From an uncultured Gemmatimonadaceae bacterium (GTDB lineage: Bacteria > Gemmatimonadota > Gemmatimonadetes > Gemmatimonadales > Gemmatimonadaceae), in the NCBI GenBank assembly GCA_963761305.1, contig CAVXGK010000001.1, forward strand, positions 512,001 to 576,000: DNA of 64,000 nucleotides, read 5' to 3'. The notes under the pieces were generated by a model that was not told where the DNA came from, made no database searches, and saw only the letters and a program-made list of their open reading frames with translations. A program made the translations under genes and the position numbers. The first letter of the stretch is position 1. Each line of letters opens with the position of its first letter. Positions 19,089 to 28,111 of the stretch are shown here, one piece after another.

Positions 19089-20042
19089 TCAAAACACCTC
19101 TGACCACGCGCGCTCGCGAACGCGTTGCGGTCGCGTCGCCGCACGGAGACGAAATGCGACGACACACGGTGCGAATTTCAGTATTGTAGCATTGAGATCG
19201 AGCGCTCGGCCCGGCCCCGCGTACGCCGAGAGCAGCGCTCCGGTGACGCTCAGACGCCCGCCGGAGACGCGCACCGGCCCCGACGCGACGACGAGACCCG
19301 TCACGACGAGCGGACCGGTGATCGTCAACGCGCCGTCGACCAGCAAGATCCCGTCGAACGAGCCGCCGGCGATCGTCGTGTCGCCGGCGACGTGCGCGAA
19401 ACCCACGTTTGTATCGAGTATCGACCGCTGGTGTCCAGTTAGTAAATACGAATTTGAATCGGCAGCAATCGCCCCTGTGACCGATCGAACGGCCGGCGGC
19501 GCGCTGACCGTCGCCCCCGGCGCGGTCACGACGTTCGGCGCGTCGGACCGCGCCGCGCAGTCGGCCTCCCCCGTCGTATCGGTGCCGATGGCCACGTCGG
19601 AGGCCAGCGAGACGTCGCCCCAGGACTCGATCGCCGCCGCCGGCAGCGGCGCCACCTCGGGAAACCGGGCGATCAGGTTGACCCGGCGTTCGCTGGAGTC
19701 GATCCCCGCCACGGTCGCATCGGCCACAATCCAGACGACACCCCGGGGCAAGCGCGTCACGCCGACGTCCACCTGGACGGCCGACGTTTGCGTCACGCCG
19801 ATGACAAACCTCCGCGTGACCCCCAACGGCAGCGACGCGAGCTGATAGCCCGCCGGATCGGCGATGATCGATGACGCGCCGTACTCGGCGCTCGCCAGCG
19901 CCGTGGCACCGCTCTGTCCGAGCCGTATCGCGCGCTGCGCCGTGACGGATGACGCGACCAACGCGGCGACGACGACTCCCAGCAGCGTGATCAGCGTGAG
20001 CGCCGCAACCAGCGCCATGCCTCGGCGGCCGCGGACTCTCAT
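19089..20042 (-). CDS. PilX-like minor pilin
   Basis: RRG|MALVAALTLITLLGVV class III signal lacking Glu5 (a PilX/GspK trait); ALASAEYG; overlaps the upstream stop codon. Confidence 0.75.
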   Translation of the reverse strand: MRVRGRRGMALVAALTLITLLGVVVAALVASSVTAQRAIRLGQSGATALASAEYGASSIIADPAGYQLASLPLGVTRRFVIGVTQTSAVQVDVGVTRLPRGVVWIVADATVAGIDSSERRVNLIARFPEVAPLPAAAIESWGDVSLASDVAIGTDTTGEADCAARSDAPNVVTAPGATVSAPPAVRSVTGAIAADSNSYLLTGHQRSILDTNVGFAHVAGDTTIAGGSFDGILLVDGALTITGPLVVTGLVVASGPVRVSGGRLSVTGALLSAYAGPGRALDLNATILKFAPCVVAFRLRAATRPQRVRERAWSEVF

Positions 20043-20956
20043 GGCCGATTTCGCACCGACACCGAAATGGAGACGGAGTCCTTGTGGGCGCCGACGTTCT
20101 GGGCCGCGCCGAGAACCCGGTCGATGTCCCGAGTCTGGCCGCGAAGGTCGACCCGAAGGAGTGCCGTCCGCTCGCGCGCGACGACGGGGGTCGACAGAGG
20201 CATGCCGGTCGAATCGAACCAACGAAAGGGCGGTGCGCCCGTGGTGGGTGCCTGAAACGGCCCGGCGATCGGCTGTATGGTATTGAACCTGACGCTCGCG
20301 CTATTCCAGTCGCGGGCGCCCAGGTACCAGTTGCCGTCAGCCGATCTATAGAAGCTGAAGCGAATCGGTCGGGTGATTCTCAGCGGCACGCCGATGAGCG
20401 TCGCCAGCGGTGGGGCCGAGTCCAGAGAGACGCTCGTTCGAGACGCGGCGAGCGCCGGGCCCGCGAGCTGCGGGCCGCCGGGGGCACACTGTCCGGCTCT
20501 GGTCGAGCCGACCGCCATCACGCGATGGGATCGCCATCCAGGGACGGAATCGCTCGGCGAGAGGAGCCAAGCCGTGTCGCCGGCTTGAATCCCCGCGATG
20601 GAGGTGGCAAACGTCGCTGCGCCGACGGCGGGTGGCGGGAGGACGAGTGCGGATGCGAGCGTGTCGCAGACGACGGCACCGGCGATCGTCTCGCGCACCT
20701 CGATCGACGTGTCGGTCGCCTCGCGCAGGTCGCCCGCGGCGACCGCGGCGCCACGGATATCCATGGGAAGCATGGACGCGGCGTCGCGAAGCCGGCCGGC
20801 GAGCGCGGCGTCGCCGAGGAGCGCGACGAAGGCGCGCTGTTGCCGCAGTGCGATGTTCGTCACGACGGCGAGCACGGTCCCGGCGACGATCATCGCCGCG
20901 ACGAGCTCGACGAGCGTGAAACCCCGACGCGTTCGCGTGGCGGCACCGTTCAGCAC
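20039..20956 (-). CDS. PilW-like minor pilin (prepilin N-terminal cleavage/methylation domain)
   Basis: RRG|FTLVELVAAMIV; DIRGA; ends SISVSVRN. Confidence 0.82.
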   Translation of the reverse strand: MLNGAATRTRRGFTLVELVAAMIVAGTVLAVVTNIALRQQRAFVALLGDAALAGRLRDAASMLPMDIRGAAVAAGDLREATDTSIEVRETIAGAVVCDTLASALVLPPPAVGAATFATSIAGIQAGDTAWLLSPSDSVPGWRSHRVMAVGSTRAGQCAPGGPQLAGPALAASRTSVSLDSAPPLATLIGVPLRITRPIRFSFYRSADGNWYLGARDWNSASVRFNTIQPIAGPFQAPTTGAPPFRWFDSTGMPLSTPVVARERTALLRVDLRGQTRDIDRVLGAAQNVGAHKDSVSISVSVRNRP

Positions 20957-21342
20957 AGGACGCGCGTCCGGAGGATCACGGCGTGCGACGCCGGCACGCC
21001 GAACGCCACGCTGTCGCCGACGTCTCGCGTGCGGCCCGTCAGCTGCGACGACCAGGTTTCAGTGAGACCGGCGGTGGCCGATGCGCCGGATGTCGTCGCG
21101 CAGGGAGAGGCCAGGATCTGCTCGAGGCGAGTCGCCGCGGTGTAGGCCGCCATTGCGCGGGCGCGTGCTTCGTTCCGGCGGCGCACGACGACGGCGGTCG
21201 TCTGCACGACGGCCAATAGACCGGCGTCGATGAGGACGATCGCGACGAGTAGCTCGACGAGAGTGAATCCCCGCGCGCGCCGCGCGGGCGCGCGAGCAGG
21301 TGGTCGAGCAGGGGAAGGCTGGCGGACGGCGGCGCTCCACAT
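20950..21342 (-). CDS. PilV-like minor pilin
   Basis: RG|FTLVELLVAIVLI; short; AATRLEQI. Confidence 0.8.
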   Translation of the reverse strand: MWSAAVRQPSPARPPARAPARRARGFTLVELLVAIVLIDAGLLAVVQTTAVVVRRRNEARARAMAAYTAATRLEQILASPCATTSGASATAGLTETWSSQLTGRTRDVGDSVAFGVPASHAVILRTRVLC

Positions 21343-21442
21343 GCCGCACACCGTACCGCGTCAGGACTCGGCGACCAGCATCCGGCCGTTGCCGTCCGCA
21401 TCGAACGAACGCACCCGCCGGAGCGGGTGCGTGATGGCTCGC

Positions 21443-21808
21443 CTACTGCTTTTTGACGTCCACTTCGACGTTGTTGATGTTCGAGCCGTTGAGGAAGCCG
21501 AAGAGCTTCGCTTGCGCCTGCGACATCGTGCCGTCGTACTTCACCGGATCGAATCCCGGGAACGTCAGCGTGAGATGGAGTGTGGGATAGACGAACGTGC
21601 CGACGAGGGTGCCTTGGTTGGTGCCGGCGACGTTGGCGATCAGCACGGTGCCGGTGACGATGGTGTCGCTCTGCGCCATGGCCAACGACAGTGAATACCC
21701 GTTGGCAAGCCCGGACCACGACCCGTCGACGGTTTGCACAGGGGCAAGCGGCGTGTCGGTGCACGCGGCAAGGGCGGCAACCGCCGCGAACATGAGGAGT
21801 TTACGCAT
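21443..21808 (-). CDS. Small hypothetical lipoprotein
   Basis: MRKLLMFAAVAALAAC lipobox; beta-rich (VDGSWSG, VTGT); GAGAG upstream. Confidence 0.75.
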   Translation of the reverse strand: MRKLLMFAAVAALAACTDTPLAPVQTVDGSWSGLANGYSLSLAMAQSDTIVTGTVLIANVAGTNQGTLVGTFVYPTLHLTLTFPGFDPVKYDGTMSQAQAKLFGFLNGSNINNVEVDVKKQ

Positions 21809-21896
21809 GGCTCTCGGAACGTGGCTGACCGCCTCGGCCGGTCGCACCAGCGCGACCCGGCTCGCCCGGCGGCGACTGCTCTACAGTACACCACGA

Positions 21897-21934
21897 ATAA
21901 AACAACCCGGTGGCGCGTTCGCGCCACCGGGTTG
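21897..21934 (-). terminator. Rho-independent terminator of pilA
   Basis: Perfect 14-bp stem CAACCCGGTGGCGC / GCGCCACCGGGTTG with a 4-nt loop, followed on the minus strand by TTTTAT. Confidence 0.85.
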
Positions 21935-21970
21935 CCCACGCTCATTCGGGAGCGTTGAGAGCTTAGAGCC

Positions 21971-22357
21971 TTACTGGCAGATCGGCTCGCCTTCGGACGC
22001 AGCCGCAACGACCGGGTTCGTCGTGTTGATGCCGACGCCGCACTTGAACGGCGAGGCGACCTGCGTGTGGCTGACCGTCGCGTACCACGAACCCGTGCCG
22101 GTGGTGATCGCCGGGCTGGAGACGCTGGTCGTGCTCTGGAACTTGAGCAGGCTGACCGTCGCCGTGTACGACGAGCTGTCGGCGAAGTACGCCTCTTCAG
22201 CGGTGACGAGGTTGCGCAGATCCGACTTCATCGCCGTGATGTACGCCTTCTGCTTGGTGTTCGCGAACTTCGGGATCGCGATCGCGGCGAGAATGCCGAT
22301 GATCACGACGACGATCAAAAGTTCGATGAGGGTAAAGCCCTTGCGCATTTTGAGCAT
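21971..22357 (-). CDS. pilA: Type IVa major pilin
   Basis: MLKMRKG|FTLIELLIVVVIIGILAAIAIPKF; 121-aa mature pilin with a C-terminal Cys pair; has its own terminator. Confidence 0.93.
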   Translation of the reverse strand: MLKMRKGFTLIELLIVVVIIGILAAIAIPKFANTKQKAYITAMKSDLRNLVTAEEAYFADSSSYTATVSLLKFQSTTSVSSPAITTGTGSWYATVSHTQVASPFKCGVGINTTNPVVAAASEGEPICQ

Positions 22358-22419
22358 GTTCGATGGTTCCCAGAAGGAGGTGAGGGGAAGCGTCGTTCTG
22401 TATCCCGGCCGGCAGTAAG

Positions 22420-22435
22420 GCAACGTGCGGACCCA
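22420..22435 (-). promoter_or_regulatory. Putative sigma-54 (-24/-12) promoter of pilA
   Basis: Minus strand TGGGTCCGCACGTTGC = GG-N10-GC with a TTGC -12 box; a sigma-54 activator (pilR) is encoded nearby. Confidence 0.55.
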
Positions 22436-22484
22436 ACGCCTCCATCCTGTACAAGACGTTGTGCGATAACGTCTTATAGAGATC

Positions 22485-24245
22485 CTACGGTGTCGGCGAA
22501 CCCGCCTTCGCTACTGCCTTTTGCACGGTGTCTGGCAGTTTGCTAGGCGGACCTCCAACCTGTGTCACCCCCGTTTTCCCGGTCGAATCTTCCCGCCGCG
22601 CCGTCGCGATCCCCGACTGGTCGGCCGCGATGATTTCGTGAAGCAGCTTGACGCTGCCCCCGGCCTTGATCGCCTGGAAGGCCATTTGCTTCGATTCGGC
22701 GTACTTCCCCTGATCCAACAGGCACCAGGCGTACTCGGTTCGTCCCGGCGAATCCGGAGCGACGGCGCGCGCCCATTGGTACAGCGGCAACGCGGCCGCG
22801 CACATGCCAGACTGGCGGTAAGCCTCGGCGAGATTGAGCGGGGCGGAGGCGTCGTACGGGAACAGGCGGATTCCCAGACGCAGCTCGGCTTCGCCCTCTC
22901 GCTTTCGCTTCTCGTCGATGTCCCACGCGCCAAGCAGGAAATGGACTCGATAGGAGTCCGGCGCGTCGATGATCGACTGTCTGAAGAGCGTCTCGTTGTC
23001 GTGCCACGCCGGCGTGCGCGTCATGCTCCGCGCAGTCCCGAGGCAGATGAGCGCCGCGCAGGCGGTGGAACCGGCGAGAGACCACGCGCGCATCCGCGGC
23101 GGCGCCGCCTCGCGGAGCGCATTCGTCATCGCGCTCGCGAGAGCGCCGACGAGCAGCATCGCGCCGGCGCTGGTCAGAAATAGCGTGCGCTCGGCGACCA
23201 CGATTCCGGCCGGGAGCAGCAGGTTGCTCGACGGAAGCAGCGCCACGGTCGCCACGGCGATGCCGAACGACACGGCCGGCTGTCGTCGTCGCAGGAGAAT
23301 CGCGGACGCGGCGATCCCGACGAGAAGGAGGAAGCCCGGGATCTGCACCACGCTGAATCCCTGCGCGATGTCGATCTGCGGCGGTCCGTAATCGGCGGAC
23401 AGACGCGCCGGCCAGTAGAGGAGTCGAAGCCACTGTGGCACGACCCCGATGGCCGTCAACACGCGATCGGTGGACGACGTGTTGAGCGACGCGAACGGCG
23501 TAAACGGCGCGAACCCACCCAGCGAGTGGTCGGCGAGCACCGCACTCCTGGCGGCAAGAAAGCCGAGTGCCACCACCATCGCGCCGAGGTAGAACGGACG
23601 AAGGCGCCGCGCGCGCTCGAGGAGCGGCGTCGGGTCGGTGATCACGGTCAATTCGGCGGCGACGAGAATCGCCGGGAGCACGATGCCGTGCTCTTTCGAG
23701 AAGCAGGCGAGGGCGTACAGCAGCAGCACCCAGAGGGCGGTGGACGTTCGGAGCGGTCCGGCCATGCGGTCGCGGAGGTACAGCGACGTCGCGCCCAGAA
23801 TGCCGATGGCCACCCAGAGCTCGGATTGCCCGACCACATTGGCCACCGCTTCGACGTGTACCGGATGCACGGCGAACAGCGCGGCGGCGACGAACGCCGC
23901 CCAGAACGGCAGGACTCGGCGTCCCACCGAGAACACGAGCAGCGACGCGACGACGTAGAGCGCGATGCTCGTGGCGTGGTAGACCATGGGGTTGAGGTGC
24001 CCCACGACGCCTTCGATGCGGAACGCCAGAATCGTCAGCGGACGGTAGCCGTCGCCGCCGGCGGACTTGGGCCAGTACGACAGGCGGAACACGTGCCACC
24101 ACTGATGCAGGTACTTCATCAACGGGTTCCGCTGCACGACGTACACGTCGTCGTACGTAAAGCCGTTGAAGATGCCGATCGCCGACGACACGAGCGCCAG
24201 CAGAGCGACGATCGGCGCCGCGGCGCGGCGAGCGAGGTCTCTCAT
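22485..24245 (-). CDS. TMTC-like GT-C glycosyltransferase (putative protein O-mannosyltransferase) with C-terminal TPRs
   Basis: NGFTYDDVYVV, YRPLTIL, LFAVHPVHVEAVANVVGQSEL, SKE, WPARLSADY, AERTLF, W..NETLF, then TPRs; many TM helices. Confidence 0.82.
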   Translation of the reverse strand: MRDLARRAAAPIVALLALVSSAIGIFNGFTYDDVYVVQRNPLMKYLHQWWHVFRLSYWPKSAGGDGYRPLTILAFRIEGVVGHLNPMVYHATSIALYVVASLLVFSVGRRVLPFWAAFVAAALFAVHPVHVEAVANVVGQSELWVAIGILGATSLYLRDRMAGPLRTSTALWVLLLYALACFSKEHGIVLPAILVAAELTVITDPTPLLERARRLRPFYLGAMVVALGFLAARSAVLADHSLGGFAPFTPFASLNTSSTDRVLTAIGVVPQWLRLLYWPARLSADYGPPQIDIAQGFSVVQIPGFLLLVGIAASAILLRRRQPAVSFGIAVATVALLPSSNLLLPAGIVVAERTLFLTSAGAMLLVGALASAMTNALREAAPPRMRAWSLAGSTACAALICLGTARSMTRTPAWHDNETLFRQSIIDAPDSYRVHFLLGAWDIDEKRKREGEAELRLGIRLFPYDASAPLNLAEAYRQSGMCAAALPLYQWARAVAPDSPGRTEYAWCLLDQGKYAESKQMAFQAIKAGGSVKLLHEIIAADQSGIATARREDSTGKTGVTQVGGPPSKLPDTVQKAVAKAGSPTP

Positions 24246-25024
24246 GAGAAGAGATTGAACTTGGTGATGTGCCAGAATGCGGCGACGCCGTCACGCCAAC
24301 CGATCTTCTTGCCTTCGGCGTAGGTGCGGCCGGAATAGCTGATCGGAACCTCGAAGATCCGCGCGTTGGCGCGGGCGAGCCGCGCGGTGATCTCGGGCTC
24401 GAAGCCGAATCGGTCGGCGCGCAGGTTCGGCACGAGCGAGCGGGCGAGGTCGCCGCGCATCGCTTTGTAGCACGTCTCCATGTCGGTCAGGTTGAGATTC
24501 GTCAGCATGTTGCTGAACGTCGTCAACCAGCGGTTGCCGACCGAATGCCAGTAATACAGCACGCGGTGCGGGCCGCCGAGAAACCGCGACCCGAAACAGG
24601 CGTCGGCGCGGCCATCGACGATCGGCTCGAGGAGAACCGGCCAATCCGACGGGTCGTACTCGAGGTCGGCGTCCTGCACGATGACGATGTCACCGGTGCT
24701 CGCCGCGAGCGCCGCGCGAATGGCCGCACCCTTGCCGCGGTTCTCCGGCTGGTGAAAGACGCGGTCGATGCGACCCTGTGCCAGGAGGCGATCGAGAATC
24801 TCCTTGGTGCCGTCGGTCGAGTGGTCGTTGACGCAGATGATTTCCTTTCGCAGTGGCGTCGCGTTCACCTGGTCGACGATCAAGTCGATCGTGTCGCGCT
24901 CGTTGTACACGGGCATGAGCACCGACAGCGTCACCGTCGACGGGTCGAGCGGCGTGCGGGGTCGGAGGCGCGACGGGGGCGACTCCGGTAACTGGGGCGA
25001 CGACGAAGGCGACGGTCCGGTCAT
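24242..25024 (-). CDS. GT2 glycosyltransferase (DPM1/polyprenol-phosphate glycosyltransferase-like)
   Basis: SVLMPVYNE, VNDHSTDGT, NRGKGAA, QDADLEYDP, GSRF, TDMETCYK, FGFEPE, EVPISY. Confidence 0.92.
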   Translation of the reverse strand: MTGPSPSSSPQLPESPPSRLRPRTPLDPSTVTLSVLMPVYNERDTIDLIVDQVNATPLRKEIICVNDHSTDGTKEILDRLLAQGRIDRVFHQPENRGKGAAIRAALAASTGDIVIVQDADLEYDPSDWPVLLEPIVDGRADACFGSRFLGGPHRVLYYWHSVGNRWLTTFSNMLTNLNLTDMETCYKAMRGDLARSLVPNLRADRFGFEPEITARLARANARIFEVPISYSGRTYAEGKKIGWRDGVAAFWHITKFNLFS

Positions 25025-25145
25025 TCCTGAACGTTTGGTTGAGGAATCGAAGAGCGGGCTGATACGTAGACGAGTCCGTTCGCCAATCGGTCTCGGAAAG
25101 GCAGTTCCGGGCGACCGGCGGCCGCCATTCCCGACGCGGGCCCCA

Positions 25146-26741
25146 TCATCGATGAGCCGGCGAATAGATCCGGCCGTTCGACACCGAGTCCCCCGCCACG
25201 AGTCCCGGATCATTTCCTCGTGACATCGACTCGACCGCCGCGCGCAGCGAGTCCGCCGCGAACGAGGCGACCGCGTCCACGTGATACGTCGCCATGATGG
25301 CGCGCAGTTGGTCTGCGCGTTGGGCAGCGGTCGCCGGTTGAAAGAATTCCTGCACGGTAGACGCCGTCGACGGAACAGCCAGGCGGTTGGCGTACAGGTA
25401 AATCGCCGGCTCCAGGTTCGCGGCGATGACGGTCGTGGGCGACGTGCGCTCGCGCGCCCACCGAATCACCGGGCGCAGCGCGGCCGCGTTCATACTGGGG
25501 ATCGCGGACCACACCCGGTACCGGTAGCCAAGCGCGTTGACGCTCACATAGCCCGTCGCGAGCAGCACCGCGCCGGCGATCGTCGCCCAACGCGCCGCGC
25601 GCGGCACGACTGACACCGGTCGAGCTGCGACGACCTCGGCGACGCCGGCCGCGACGAGCAAGACGACGAACGGCCAGACTCCCCGGACGTAGTGCGTCGC
25701 CGGGCCGGGCCAGATGAGGATTATTGCGAAGGACAGCAGCAGAAAAACCGCCGTGACTCGCGCGCGACGCCAGAATCGTACGAAGCCGGGAACAGCGAGC
25801 AGAGTGAGCGCCGCGCACGCCGAGCCTTGCACCCACGGCGGCGTCGACCGCGCGGTGTACAAAGCCAGCATATCAGAAATCTCTCGTCCATTGCGCGCGA
25901 TCGTGGCCCACGCGAACGAGATGCCGCCGTCGTGGAACCCGGTGGCGAGCCACGCGACGTATGGCGCGTAGTCCCCGCCCATGACCGCGGACGGCGCGAA
26001 GGGATGCGCCCGGGCCCAGAGCTGCCACGGGAGAATCACCGCCAGGCCAACACCGGCGAACACCGCCGCGTCGCGCAGGCGGCGGCGGGCCAGCAAGAGA
26101 AGTCCGACCGCGCCGGCGAGCGCGATCCCCTGTGTTCTGACGAGCGTCAGGATCCCGACCATCAACGCCAACAACGCCACGTCCGCCAGTTTCGCGTCTG
26201 CCTCGACCGTCCGCTCGGCAACCAGGAGCGCAGGGAGCAGGAGCGCCAGGAACAGCGCCTCCGACAACACCTGGGTGCTGAGCTCCAGCGTGGGGATGGC
26301 GAGCGCGCCGGCGAGCGTGACCGCGAGCGCCGCACCCGTCGAGAAACCCAACCGGCGGCGAGCAAGCACGACGGTTCCGCCGGCGGCGAGCGCCAGAAAA
26401 GCGGCATTCGCAACCTTGAACAGCAACACGTTCGCGGGGAATCGAGGGTCGATCGCCCACAACGCGGCAAGAACCGCTGGATACCCGGGCGGAAAGTGCG
26501 TCGCCAGCGGCGCGCCCGGCAGGTTCAGCCACCTGAATCCGTGCCCCGTCGCCAGCGACTTGGCAAGGATGACGTACGCGGCATCGTCGAACAACCCGCC
26601 GATCGGCACCGCGTCGATCAGCGAAACGCCCACCGCCAGCGCCACGACGCCGGCGATGAGGGGAGCGATCCACGCGCGTTCGCCGGTGGGAGCCGGGGCG
26701 ACCGACGAATCCCAACGTGCCGGCGAAGACCCGCCGATCAT
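25146..26741 (-). CDS. GT-C membrane glycosyltransferase (ArnT/PMT-2-like)
   Basis: DDAAYVILAKSLATG, HFPPGYP, LSEALF, LVRTQG; ~11 hydrophobic segments; ATGA overlap with pilR. Confidence 0.75.
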   Translation of the reverse strand: MIGGSSPARWDSSVAPAPTGERAWIAPLIAGVVALAVGVSLIDAVPIGGLFDDAAYVILAKSLATGHGFRWLNLPGAPLATHFPPGYPAVLAALWAIDPRFPANVLLFKVANAAFLALAAGGTVVLARRRLGFSTGAALAVTLAGALAIPTLELSTQVLSEALFLALLLPALLVAERTVEADAKLADVALLALMVGILTLVRTQGIALAGAVGLLLLARRRLRDAAVFAGVGLAVILPWQLWARAHPFAPSAVMGGDYAPYVAWLATGFHDGGISFAWATIARNGREISDMLALYTARSTPPWVQGSACAALTLLAVPGFVRFWRRARVTAVFLLLSFAIILIWPGPATHYVRGVWPFVVLLVAAGVAEVVAARPVSVVPRAARWATIAGAVLLATGYVSVNALGYRYRVWSAIPSMNAAALRPVIRWARERTSPTTVIAANLEPAIYLYANRLAVPSTASTVQEFFQPATAAQRADQLRAIMATYHVDAVASFAADSLRAAVESMSRGNDPGLVAGDSVSNGRIYSPAHR

Positions 26742-28111
26742 GCGACCTCGTACCTCGAGAGCTTGCGGTAGAGCGTCGACGGGTCGATGCCGAGCACTTC
26801 GGCGGCGCGCGACTTGTTGCCGCTCTCGCTCTGCAACACCCACATGATGTACGCGCGCTCGATCGCCTCGAGCGTTGGATTCTCCGGCGTGCGCGTGGAC
26901 ACCAGCGGCTCGGCGCTGCGCTGCGTCACTCGCTCGGGGAGCGCGGTGATCGGGATTTCCGGATCCTCGGTGAGGATGACGGCGCGCTCGAGCGCGTTCT
27001 CGAGCTCGCGCACGTTGCCGGGCCAGTTGTACACGACCAGCGCGTCGCGCGCGGCTTCGCTGAGACGTTTCGGATCTTCACCTCGCGCGGCCGCGATGCG
27101 GTGCAGGAAGTGGTCGGCCAGCACCGGAATGTCTTCGGCGCGCTGCCGCAGCGGCGGCAGGTGGACCGCGATGACGTTCAATCGGTAATAGAGGTCGCTG
27201 CGGAAATGTCCGGCGCGAATTTGCTCGTCGAGGTCGCGGTTGGTCGCGGCGACGACGCGCGCATCGACCGGCACGGCCTCGGTCGCTCCGACGGGAATCA
27301 CTTCGTGCTGCTGGAGCGCGCGCAGCAGCTTGACCTGCGTTGCCGGTGTCGTCTCGCCGATTTCGTCGAGGAAGAACGTGCCTTTGGTCGCCGCACCGAA
27401 GAGACCCACCTTGTCCCGCACCGCGCCGGTGAACGAGCCCTTGGTGTGGCCGAACAGTTCGCTCTCGAGCAGACCCTCGGGGAGCGCACCGCAGTTGATC
27501 GAGAGGAACGGCCCGTCGGTGCGCGCCGACAGGTCGTGGATGTAGCGCGCGATGACTTCCTTACCGGTGCCCGATTCTCCTTGAATGAGCACCGTCGAAT
27601 CCGTCGGCGCGACCGTCTCGATCAAGTGGAGCACCTCGAGCCACAGCTTGCTCGTGCCCACGGGACGCGCGTCACCGTGTCGCTCGGCGCGGCGGATCGC
27701 CTGCTTGAGGGACTTGTTCTCGACGCGGAGCTTGCGGTGTTCAGCGGCGCGCCGCAGGATCGCCACCAGCTCGTCGTTGCGGAACGGCTTTTGGATGTAA
27801 TAGAAGGCGCCCTCGTTCACGGCTTGCATGGCGGACTGTAAGGTGGCCTGCGCCGTCATGAGGATGACAGGCACGTCGGGATCGGACTGCCGCGCGGCGG
27901 CCAGAATCTCCACACCGCCCACGTTCGGCATGCGGATGTCGGTGAGCACGATGTCGGGTCCGAGCTCGCCGATGCGGTCCAGGCCCGCCTTGCCGCCGTG
28001 CGCCATGTACGGCGCGAACCCTTCGTTGCGCAGCAGGATGCTGAGGGAATCGAGAATGCCGGTCTCGTCGTCCACGACGAGTACGGTGGGTCTAGCGGGA
28101 GTGTCGATCAC
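26738..28111 (-). CDS. pilR: Sigma-54-dependent response regulator (NtrC family), PilR-like
   Basis: REC domain (VVDDE, TDIRMP), GESGTGKE, ESELFGH..GSFTGA, FLDEIGE, WPGNVRELEN, Fis-type HTH; located in the pilus locus. Confidence 0.9.
   Translation of the reverse strand: MIDTPARPTVLVVDDETGILDSLSILLRNEGFAPYMAHGGKAGLDRIGELGPDIVLTDIRMPNVGGVEILAAARQSDPDVPVILMTAQATLQSAMQAVNEGAFYYIQKPFRNDELVAILRRAAEHRKLRVENKSLKQAIRRAERHGDARPVGTSKLWLEVLHLIETVAPTDSTVLIQGESGTGKEVIARYIHDLSARTDGPFLSINCGALPEGLLESELFGHTKGSFTGAVRDKVGLFGAATKGTFFLDEIGETTPATQVKLLRALQQHEVIPVGATEAVPVDARVVAATNRDLDEQIRAGHFRSDLYYRLNVIAVHLPPLRQRAEDIPVLADHFLHRIAAARGEDPKRLSEAARDALVVYNWPGNVRELENALERAVILTEDPEIPITALPERVTQRSAEPLVSTRTPENPTLEAIERAYIMWVLQSESGNKSRAAEVLGIDPSTLYRKLSRYEVA

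Noticed and set aside
21971..22357. PilA as a Geobacter-type conductive pilin
   Set aside because: The N-terminus is similar (F1, F24, Y32, Y50, F51, Y57), but position 27 is Thr, aromatics are only 10 of 121, and no cytochrome genes are nearby.
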